This document shows, in pieces, positions 28,302-36,687 of a stretch of 64,000 nucleotides of DNA. How positions within the stretch are numbered: the stretch's first letter is position 1; every line of letters starts with the position of its first letter. The DNA is from an uncultured Chlamydiae bacterium (GTDB lineage: Bacteria; Chlamydiota; Chlamydiia; Chlamydiales; JAJFMB01), in assembly GCA_963696295.1 (NCBI GenBank), contig CAVOJR010000001.1:2496001-2560000 (forward strand). Direction: 5' to 3'. The position numbers and the translations under genes were made by a program. The notes beneath the pieces were generated by a model that searched no databases, was not told the origin of the DNA, and was given only the letters and a program-made list of their open reading frames with translations.

Positions 28302-29590
28302 AACTGACAAAGACGTCACCTTGTAAAATCCTCGTGATCGGGGATTTTTTATTGGATACCTATACTATGGGGAAAGCAAAGCGCATTTCCCCGGAAGCCC
28401 CGGTTGTCATTTTGAAAGTCGAACAGGAAGAGCAGAGGCCGGGCGGAGCGGGGAATGTGGTGCTCAACATGGTTTCCCTTGGATCCGAAGTGGTGGCGGT
28501 CGGCAGGCTCGGTTCAGACCCTTCAGGGGACGTTTTGAAGAGGTCCTTGAAGAACGAGGGGGTCGATGTTCGCGGCCTGGTTGTACAGGAAGGCTATCCG
28601 ACGCCGGTCAAAAACCGGGTGATTGCGAACCATCAGCAAATCGTCAGGATCGATCATGAAACGATTCTCCCTCTTCCGCCTGCCCTTGAAAAAGAGATTG
28701 TAGCCCTCTTGCCTGCCTTGTTGCAGGATATCGATATGATAGCCATTTCAGATTACGGCAAAGGATTTTTGACTCACAATCTTCTCCAGGAGCTGATCAA
28801 AGAGGGCAAGTCAAGGGGGATCCCCATTATTGCCGATCCTAAAGGGATCGATTTTTCCAAATACTTCGGCGTGACTATTTTGAAGCCCAATCTCGGTGAA
28901 ACCTATGCAGCAGCAAATTTGCTGCCGGAAGACAGCCTGGATGAGGCCGCTGAGCGCATTTTAAAGAAGACTCAAGTGGAAGTCTTGATGGTGACCCGAT
29001 CCGAGGCGGGGATTTCGCTCTTTTTCCAAAATGGAGAGCGGCGCGATTATCCCGTCAAAGTTCGGGAAGTGATCGATGTGACCGGGGCCGGCGATACTGT
29101 GCTGGCTGTCATATCCTGGGCGCTCGCCAACAATCTTTCTATAGAAGAGGCGACTGAGCTTTCGAATTTCGCCGCCGGTATCGCGATTGAGCGGTTTGGT
29201 TGCGCCAGGGTGACTCTGGGGGATCTCGCTCAGTGCATTTTGGAAAGGGATGTTAAGAATAAAGTTTTCGATCTGGATCATTTTTATGCCCTGGTGGAAT
29301 CTTTGCGGGGGAAGGGTTATATTTTGCTCACTCTCAGCAGCCTTGCCGGTTTTACCTCAACCATTTTTCAAACGATTCGCCATTTAAGCAAACAAACCCA
29401 TTCGTTGATCCTATTTATACGGGATGAGAAGCCGTGTGCCGAGTTTGTCGATATTCTCACCTCCTTGAATGAAGTCGATTTTTTGATTTTCAGCCGGGAA
29501 AATTTGGATCAACTGACAGAGCTTTTGCCTCCGGATGAGGTGTTTGTCCTGGAAGAGGGCGTCTGTCTGCAAATGGAGGAGGCGAGATGA
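28295..29590 (+). CDS. hldE: D-glycero-beta-D-manno-heptose-7-phosphate kinase (HldE/RfaE) with degenerate C-terminal domain
   Basis: RISPEAPV, GGAGNV, SDYGKG, DPKG, DVTGAGDTV. The C-terminus lacks a recognisable HxGH motif. Confidence 0.88.
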   Translation: MVKLTKTSPCKILVIGDFLLDTYTMGKAKRISPEAPVVILKVEQEEQRPGGAGNVVLNMVSLGSEVVAVGRLGSDPSGDVLKRSLKNEGVDVRGLVVQEGYPTPVKNRVIANHQQIVRIDHETILPLPPALEKEIVALLPALLQDIDMIAISDYGKGFLTHNLLQELIKEGKSRGIPIIADPKGIDFSKYFGVTILKPNLGETYAAANLLPEDSLDEAAERILKKTQVEVLMVTRSEAGISLFFQNGERRDYPVKVREVIDVTGAGDTVLAVISWALANNLSIEEATELSNFAAGIAIERFGCARVTLGDLAQCILERDVKNKVFDLDHFYALVESLRGKGYILLTLSSLAGFTSTIFQTIRHLSKQTHSLILFIRDEKPCAEFVDILTSLNEVDFLIFSRENLDQLTELLPPDEVFVLEEGVCLQMEEAR

Positions 29591-30918
29591 GCGAAAGCCC
29601 TTATTCGTGGAAGTGCCAGCCGAAGGCCGAGGCGCTAATTTTGAATCTTTTAGATCGGGCATGCCTGGCAAATGCCTTTATCGGCGATTTGCAAAAAGAA
29701 TTGCTGATCCACACCAGCACGCGTCTTTTTGATTGGCTGGATTATGTTGTCACACCAAACAGCGAAGGGCTGGAGGAGTGCGGCTTTGAAACCCTTAAGG
29801 TCAGCGAGGAGTATCGCGTTTTTTATCATCCCGGGGCGCAGCTTCCCAAGATTGTCGTGCAAGAAAGGGCCAACCCGGGGCTTGCTGTTAAGGTGGATCG
29901 CATCTCCGATTTTTTACTGGTGCGGGGCATCAGCGCTGAAATCGAAGGGGCTCCTTTAAGCGGTTTTCGGCGCTGCCTGGTTTCCAATGAGCACAAGACA
30001 TCCCTTTGGGTCGTGGAAAGGCGCGGCACACAGACGATAGAGCCCACTTACCCAAACGGTAATGATCTCGAGGCGTATTTTTTCGCTCAGGAAAAATGGG
30101 AGAGCCGTCCCCGCGTCTTAATTGATGAAGACGCCGCTATGGCCCATACGATTGCCCTAGGCGAGGAGATCGTCAAATTGGCAGGCGAAGATATGGCTGC
30201 GTGGATCATTTTAGAGAGCGAGCGGAAATATTGGCAGGCGCGCAATAAAGCCGGCCAGCTCCAAAAGAACCGGCAAGACAGCTTGGGGATGGGGTGGGCC
30301 AACCACGATCACCATACTTTTCGCTCTTCGCGGAAGCGCTTTTCGCAATTAGTGCGCTTTTTTGAAATGCTCGGCTTTCACTGCCGCGAGCGCTTTTATG
30401 CCGGGAAAGAGGCGGGATGGGGAGCCCAGGTGATGGAAAACCCCCGCTGCGGCCTAGTTCTTTTTTTGGACGTTGACTTAAGTTCACATGAGTTGGAGAT
30501 CGATTTTGCCCACCATCAGCTCAATGAGCTGGATCATTTGGGCACGATTGGCCTTTGGTGTGCTTTGCATGGGGATTCTATCCTCAAAGCGGGCATGCAT
30601 CATCTCGAGGCTCAATTCATGCATGATGAGCTGACGGAGCATCTGGCGAAAATGGGTGTGAGCATGATGGACCCCTTCAGCAATTTTACCTATCTGAAAC
30701 AAGCCTTTACCATGGGCGAAGTGTGGCGCGTGGATCCTTACCGGGTAAACAAGCTGCTGGCTGAAGGGAAGATAAGCGAAACCCAAGCCGAAAAATTTTT
30801 GGCCTATGGAGCCGTCGGCAGCCATCTGGAGAATCTGCAGAGAAGAGAGGGGTATAAAGGGTTTAATCAAAAAAATGTCAGCGTGATCATCAAGAAAACC
30901 GACCCCAGGGTCTTATAG
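29587..30918 (+). CDS. Conserved hypothetical protein, VOC/HPPD-like fold predicted
   Basis: NHDHHTFRS, GMHHLEA and HLENLQR...GFNQ resemble an H/H/E metal triad; translationally coupled to hldE. Confidence 0.6.
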   Translation: MSESPYSWKCQPKAEALILNLLDRACLANAFIGDLQKELLIHTSTRLFDWLDYVVTPNSEGLEECGFETLKVSEEYRVFYHPGAQLPKIVVQERANPGLAVKVDRISDFLLVRGISAEIEGAPLSGFRRCLVSNEHKTSLWVVERRGTQTIEPTYPNGNDLEAYFFAQEKWESRPRVLIDEDAAMAHTIALGEEIVKLAGEDMAAWIILESERKYWQARNKAGQLQKNRQDSLGMGWANHDHHTFRSSRKRFSQLVRFFEMLGFHCRERFYAGKEAGWGAQVMENPRCGLVLFLDVDLSSHELEIDFAHHQLNELDHLGTIGLWCALHGDSILKAGMHHLEAQFMHDELTEHLAKMGVSMMDPFSNFTYLKQAFTMGEVWRVDPYRVNKLLAEGKISETQAEKFLAYGAVGSHLENLQRREGYKGFNQKNVSVIIKKTDPRVL

Positions 30919-33900
30919 CACTTTCATCAGCTCTATTACTTCCGCATAGACCGCTTCTTTTTTTTGCAGCTCCAAGATGATTCTTTCTATAGATAATGCC
31001 CCCTGGCCGTCTTTTGTGAGGGCTTTCCATAAGCCGGCGATCATGGACGCCGCTGCATTGGGATTGTAACCGGCCGCCTTGTCTTGCAGGGCGAGTCTGA
31101 CCATCTCTGAGGGGAAGCGGTAATTGCCATTTTGCAGGGCAGTCTGGCCAAACCGGGTGATGTGCATGAGAAAGCCGTAATAGTTATCCCGAAAAAGGTT
31201 GGCTTTCAAACCCTCCTCTAAATAGCGGAAAGTATCATCCAGTAACGAGGGAGCGCCATCTAAGAGACCGTTGTAGAAGTTCCTAAAGAGCTCCGCGGCC
31301 AAAGCGCTTTTGGTTTGCCCCAGATCATTGATGATCCAGGTGTAAATCTCAGTCGTTTTGACCGTTTCCTGGAGATGAAAAGGATTTTTCAGTATCCCCT
31401 GAGTGAGGGCAGACATTAAGAATCGAAGCGTCATTTCGTCCAGCGCGTAAAATACGTCCCTGTTTCTGACAATAAGCTGGCAGGCGAGGTGCGCCCCGGC
31501 AGTAACGGGGTGTTTAGCCAGCCGGTATATCACATTTTTAAGGGCGGTTTGCTTTTGTTCAAGCGAGCAATTTTCCAATTCCTCTTCGCAAGTGAAGAAA
31601 TATTTGAGTTCATGGAACTCTTTGACATGCCTGCTGAAAAGCTTGTGTTGCTCGGCTAAAAGAAATATTTCCATCTTGGTTTGACACATCTTATAAGTGA
31701 GATCGTGTCCGGAAGGCAGTTGTAAAAGAAACACTTTATGGAGTAAAGGGGAGAGTCTTTTGCCGTTATCGGGATAGGCCTTTATTAAAGCAGTCATATG
31801 AAATAAAAGGAACTTGTACAACTGATGGTTTAATTCCAAAAGCTTGGAAGGATGATTTAATATTTTTTCAGCGAGTAAAAGGGCATTTTCAAATAACTGA
31901 TCGTTAGGGTCGCTGGGAAGCATCGCCGGGTTGATCTGATTTTCCATCCAGTGGATGAACTGGAAATAGGCTAACGATTGTTTGGTCAAAGTTTGTTTGC
32001 TTTGTGAGATTTTTGAAATCACATAGGTTAAATCAGCGACGACATCAAACTTGGGATCTTGCCGGGGATAAAATTCTAGAATGCAGTCCAGCGCAAGCAA
32101 AGTACAGCGCTTCTCCTTTTCCGGGAAATCGGCCATTAGGGGCAAATTTTTGATGTAGAGTTTTATAGAATTCTGGATCTCCGTATACTGCGTTACGCTG
32201 CAGGCATCTGTAAGCGTTTGTTCGATAGCATCCATTCGCAGTTTGGTAATTTGATTCGGGGGAATAAGGGTCGCTAAACGGAGGCGGTTGAGACAAACGT
32301 TAACTTTCGGACGCAGAGATTTATCAGACGATTTAATGCAGAGTTCCAGGCATTTTTGGATGGTCTGTTCCCCTTTCACAACCTTGTTGAGCAGCAGTTT
32401 CTGCACCAGATCGATCGCGGTATGAAGCAGTGGACCCTTGGGATAGGAGCAGAGCAATTGAATATAGGAAAGGGCTTCGGCTGAATCTTCTGAGACCGGA
32501 ATAAGGGGCAGAAGCTGTTTTAACAAAAGATCAAAAACCGGTTTGGAGTGATCCTGGGGAACGTTTTTAAGAGCCGATTCCAATACGGACATCATTTCTT
32601 TAGCCGCGTAATGCCCGTCTATCAGACGTTTGATAACCTCAATCAGCAAGGGCATCCGTCCGGTTGAGGCCAATAGACTTAAGAAGGGGGCGGAAACGTT
32701 CAGATTGTGTCTGTTTTTAAAACGGAGCAGAGCGATCAGGCGGATGACCTCTTTTTTCGGCTCTTTGATCAGTTGCGCTGCGCCGATGTCTATGGCGGCA
32801 AATAAATTTTGGTGGGAAAGGGGAAGGGCCCCGGCCTGAAGATAGTCAAAGAGCTTTTCCTCTTTCAGTTGGATGAGGAGCTTAATCAGCAGTAGCCATG
32901 CTTCCAATCCCGCATTTCCCATGTGTGGTTGCAGCAGTTCAGAAATCTGCCGCTTCCTTTTCGGATCTCCGATTTGTAACGCTTCGTTAAGACAGGTGTG
33001 CAAGGCGTCGCCGTTCAAAAGATTATAATAAATTAAGAGGGAAATGTGATCCGGCAGATGATTTCTCCCTATCCGCAACTTTTGCACAAGGCGGCAGACC
33101 CGCTCGTCAAGACCGAAAAGGGTTTGACACTGGGTAATATGGGAAAGGGTGGGATCTTCCTCTTCCATCCAGGAAAGGACCGGAAAGAGGGGGGCGGCTT
33201 TGAGTTCAAAAATCAAGCTAAGCCACTCTTTTTTTTCTTTGACTTGAGAGATAAATTTTGCATATTCCGAAGGGAGCGCTTCTAAAAAATCCTTAGTCGT
33301 CAGCTTATTTATCCGTTTTGAGAACTTTGGACTGAGGTGGAGCAAATACTTTCTCATTTGCTCATAGGAGGGTTTTTCCTCCCCGCGGCACTCGAAACCG
33401 GCTTCAACCAAGGAGGGATCTTCGGTTTCCAGAAGGTATTGAGTCACTTTAGGATTTGTTTTCCTGGCTTTTAGAGCAAGACGGATAAAGGCGGCATTGA
33501 TGGAAGGGTCGGCTGCAGGGAAGAGCTCGAGCCCTTTTTCTATTAAATTCCTTGACAGGATGGCTTGCAGATGCTCATCGGTTGTTAAAAATCGGTGGAT
33601 ATGGGGATGCAGCAGCAGCTTCTCGGGTAATTGGCCGGTGAGGGGTTTTATACGATCCTTCAGGTCCGGATTTCCCAAATTTAACAGCTTTTCCAGGTAA
33701 ATGAACGCTTCCTTCCACTGCCTCTCTTTGACGGATCGGTCGAATTCTAAGAGAAGCAGGGGGCCATTCCCCTGTTTTTCTATCCATTGGGCGATGCGCG
33801 AATTTTCCTCCTTTCCCAAGAGCGAGCGGTCGAGCCGGTAAATTAAGTCAGGGTCTTCTGTCCGGATGAAGAGATCATAAAGGAATTCCGTCTCCTCTTG

Positions 33901-36000
33901 TTTCTGATAGCTCCCAAGTTTAGTTTCCCATATCAGTTTAGCTCTTTCCGGGTTGCCGTTTATCAGTCCGCGGGCCAATTTGAGGGCCGCGTTTCCGGAA
34001 TCGCTCATTTTAAGAAGTATCAGGAGTTCCGGCTGATAGCCGAAAATCTCGAAATAGAGTTCGGCAAGCTCGGCCGGTAACGGAAGTTGAGCGGATTTTG
34101 CATAGAAGACCAGTTCATTTAAAAGAGCGATCTTTTGGGAAGAGGCCCGGATGGCCGGAAGCAGTTTGGCGATCTGGTGGACTGGCAGATCTTTCAGGAG
34201 TTTGATTTTGTATTTGAGGTCCGGGATTTGCGAGATAAGCTCTTCAGCTGGTTTTTCTTTTCTTAAAAACTCAAAAACCTTGGCCATTAATTGCGGGTGT
34301 CCGGTCGTAAAAAGGGTCTGGGCAAATTCCTTTTCTAAGGTAAATCCGGGGTTTTTAAGAAAAGCCTGAAAATAGCGTTCGGTGATTTTTAAGAGGTGAT
34401 CCGATGGCTTTAATTGGAAAAAAGCCTTGAGGAGCGGGTCAAGATGGCTCCAGTCCTCCTTCTGCAGGCTGTATCCGATCAAAAGAAGGTAGCAGATTTT
34501 ATTATCAAGGTTTTGAAGAACCTGCTCGATAGGGATTTTCACGAGCAAATGATTTAGCGAGATCAGGCTCTCTTTGAAATAGTCAAAATAGCGGTCTATC
34601 TCCTCTTCGCAGTTCTTTAATGCGTTTAAGGATTCTTCCATTTGGAGGGGAATAAGCAGAGTGAAAGATTTGTGATTGCCCGGGAGCGCAAACTGCAGCG
34701 CCGGCTGAAATTCGTTAAGGGTGTCAGAGATCGATTTTCCATCGATTGCCAATACACCGAACAACTGCAAAAGGGCCAAGTGCACTTCCAAGGGGGAATC
34801 GCTTTGGAACAGGGCGGACAATCCCTCGTCAGGGAATTGCGTTTTAGCCTGGAAATAGAGTTGCTTGGCGATTACCCGCTCCCCGTGAGAATGCAATGAG
34901 CGGCAGGCGGAGAGGGTAAGGCAGAGGCGGGCGGCGGGGTCTTCTTTTTTGTCGAGGTGTTCCGCCAGGCACTGTTTCAAAAGCAATTCGATCCATTTCA
35001 AACGATCGATGTTAATCGGGTGCTTAAGAGCCGTGCCGATAAGAATTTTCTCCAGATCTTTCACATAGCAGCGGTAAAAGGAGGTTAAATAGCAGAGGAG
35101 AAGAAACCACCCTTTGAAATCGATGGTGCCGATATCAGACGCTTGTATAATTCTCGCTAATTTGGCGAAAATAGCCTGGTAGCCATTGACCCCATTTCCA
35201 AAAGGGGTGGTCGTAACACCTTGCAGTGGAAGGCTTAGGGAATTATGGAAAAAAAGCTGAGTCCTTTCGAGTTTTCCCACCCACAATAGATCGATCTCAA
35301 CTTTTCCATTGGTAAAAGTCGTGATAAGGTATTGGTTCTTTTCCGTGTATTCAATTTTGAACTTCTTAAAACAGTTTTGTTTGACAAACTGGCACGTTTG
35401 CGCCCAATGGTTAGGATCGTAGGGTTGTTGTCCGTAAAACCAGCCAGCCATACACTGTATGATGTTTTGCTTCAGCTCCTCAAAGTTCTCTTTCGTCATA
35501 GGTTTGTGGAGGTAGATGCGAATGTCGTAATCGTTGGGCAATTTGCCAACTTCTGCAAAACACTCTTTCGGCAGGCCCGCAAGTCTTGAATCCAGGCTGC
35601 CGAGCGCATTTTTGAGATACTCCTCAGTCATGAAAGTATAAACGCCGCCGCCAACCAGATAGGCAGAGAAAGGGGTATTTTTTAGTATCGAAAAAATAAA
35701 TGGCGGCAGTTGCAAGGGGAAGGGATGCGTTTGATCTTTAGTTTTCATTTGATGGGGCAGGCAATAAAAGTTCTGCAGCTGCCCGGCAAAAAAAGAGGGG
35801 AGCTGAGGCTCCTCTACCACCAGGGCTGACCGGTCAATAATCCCCCATTCAAACCATTGGTGCAGCAGAGAGTCATAGAAGGTGCTGACGGGAAATACAT
35901 TTTCTTCTCTTTTAGAGGCGGATGAAGCGACAGGGGAGTCGGATTCTTCCGGCAGAGAAAGTTCAAAGGATATTTTGCGATTATTCAGTGCTGCAGTCAT
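30913..36000 (-). CDS. Large (1695 aa) helical protein with N-terminal nucleotidyltransferase-like motifs; effector candidate
   Basis: Uninterrupted ORF. AYLVGGGV...NDYDIRI...VEIDLL in the first ~240 aa, then Leu-rich helical sequence. Confidence 0.7.
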   Translation of the reverse strand: MTAALNNRKISFELSLPEESDSPVASSASKREENVFPVSTFYDSLLHQWFEWGIIDRSALVVEEPQLPSFFAGQLQNFYCLPHQMKTKDQTHPFPLQLPPFIFSILKNTPFSAYLVGGGVYTFMTEEYLKNALGSLDSRLAGLPKECFAEVGKLPNDYDIRIYLHKPMTKENFEELKQNIIQCMAGWFYGQQPYDPNHWAQTCQFVKQNCFKKFKIEYTEKNQYLITTFTNGKVEIDLLWVGKLERTQLFFHNSLSLPLQGVTTTPFGNGVNGYQAIFAKLARIIQASDIGTIDFKGWFLLLCYLTSFYRCYVKDLEKILIGTALKHPINIDRLKWIELLLKQCLAEHLDKKEDPAARLCLTLSACRSLHSHGERVIAKQLYFQAKTQFPDEGLSALFQSDSPLEVHLALLQLFGVLAIDGKSISDTLNEFQPALQFALPGNHKSFTLLIPLQMEESLNALKNCEEEIDRYFDYFKESLISLNHLLVKIPIEQVLQNLDNKICYLLLIGYSLQKEDWSHLDPLLKAFFQLKPSDHLLKITERYFQAFLKNPGFTLEKEFAQTLFTTGHPQLMAKVFEFLRKEKPAEELISQIPDLKYKIKLLKDLPVHQIAKLLPAIRASSQKIALLNELVFYAKSAQLPLPAELAELYFEIFGYQPELLILLKMSDSGNAALKLARGLINGNPERAKLIWETKLGSYQKQEETEFLYDLFIRTEDPDLIYRLDRSLLGKEENSRIAQWIEKQGNGPLLLLEFDRSVKERQWKEAFIYLEKLLNLGNPDLKDRIKPLTGQLPEKLLLHPHIHRFLTTDEHLQAILSRNLIEKGLELFPAADPSINAAFIRLALKARKTNPKVTQYLLETEDPSLVEAGFECRGEEKPSYEQMRKYLLHLSPKFSKRINKLTTKDFLEALPSEYAKFISQVKEKKEWLSLIFELKAAPLFPVLSWMEEEDPTLSHITQCQTLFGLDERVCRLVQKLRIGRNHLPDHISLLIYYNLLNGDALHTCLNEALQIGDPKRKRQISELLQPHMGNAGLEAWLLLIKLLIQLKEEKLFDYLQAGALPLSHQNLFAAIDIGAAQLIKEPKKEVIRLIALLRFKNRHNLNVSAPFLSLLASTGRMPLLIEVIKRLIDGHYAAKEMMSVLESALKNVPQDHSKPVFDLLLKQLLPLIPVSEDSAEALSYIQLLCSYPKGPLLHTAIDLVQKLLLNKVVKGEQTIQKCLELCIKSSDKSLRPKVNVCLNRLRLATLIPPNQITKLRMDAIEQTLTDACSVTQYTEIQNSIKLYIKNLPLMADFPEKEKRCTLLALDCILEFYPRQDPKFDVVADLTYVISKISQSKQTLTKQSLAYFQFIHWMENQINPAMLPSDPNDQLFENALLLAEKILNHPSKLLELNHQLYKFLLFHMTALIKAYPDNGKRLSPLLHKVFLLQLPSGHDLTYKMCQTKMEIFLLAEQHKLFSRHVKEFHELKYFFTCEEELENCSLEQKQTALKNVIYRLAKHPVTAGAHLACQLIVRNRDVFYALDEMTLRFLMSALTQGILKNPFHLQETVKTTEIYTWIINDLGQTKSALAAELFRNFYNGLLDGAPSLLDDTFRYLEEGLKANLFRDNYYGFLMHITRFGQTALQNGNYRFPSEMVRLALQDKAAGYNPNAAASMIAGLWKALTKDGQGALSIERIILELQKKEAVYAEVIELMKVL

Positions 36001-36315
36001 GGATCAAAAAGGAATTAATGGGTGCTGATTATGAAGCTCGAATTATTTTTTTTCAAGCTGTTTTTCGAGCAGGACAATATTAACAATCTAACTTTGGTTT
36101 TTTTTGGGCAGCGTCTCTAACACATCGATTCCTTGCAGGATCGTGGGCCATGCTGAAAAAGTACTTTCATTGAAGAAAAAGTCTGCTGTTCAACCAGCGC
36201 TGACAGGCGCTCCGCTTTCCAAGTGCTGTATTTTTCATGTTTTCATCAAACCAATCAAAGCATAAAGAGGATTAAAAATTTTTTATAGCAAGGAATCGTG
36301 TCGTGCAGAGTGATT

Positions 36316-36357
36316 AAAAAAATTTACTCCCACCCCGGCAAATGCGCCGGGATGGGA
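36316..36357 (-). terminator. Putative intrinsic terminator after the RiPP precursor gene
   Basis: TCCCACCCCGGC-AAATGC-GCCGGGATGGGA stem, followed on the minus strand by a T7 run. Confidence 0.65.
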
Positions 36358-36372
36358 ACTTTCAGAGTAGGA

Positions 36373-36603
36373 TTAAATAACAAGAGTCAATCCAAGAATT
36401 TTTGCGTCATAAAAATCGACAATGGCGTCAGGAAGGCCAACTTTTTGTACGAGTGTTTCAAATTCAGAACCTGATGAAGGATTTTTAAACATGAATTTCG
36501 CATCAGCTATGCCATCAGTTATCAATTCATTTAGTGTTGGTACTACTTTTGTTGCACCTCCTACTATTTGTTCGAGTTCTTCATCTGAAAGTAGTTTTTT
36601 CAT
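36373..36603 (-). CDS. RiPP precursor peptide with double-glycine leader; cysteine-free core
   Basis: MKKLLSDEELEQIVGG matches the LSxxELxxIxGG leader consensus. Strong AGGAGG RBS; directly downstream of the LanM-like gene. Confidence 0.85.
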   Translation of the reverse strand: MKKLLSDEELEQIVGGATKVVPTLNELITDGIADAKFMFKNPSSGSEFETLVQKVGLPDAIVDFYDAKILGLTLVI

Positions 36604-36687
36604 AAATACCCCTCCTTTTTTTTAATGTAGACTCTTCACCTACAATTACTTATTATAACATATTCGCATATTAAAAACAAATCCGCA

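Noticed and set aside
36085..36265. Minus-strand frame interrupted by two TGA codons (recoding or a second precursor)
   Set aside because: No RBS or leader motif, and TGA is a normal stop elsewhere in the window. At most a gene remnant.
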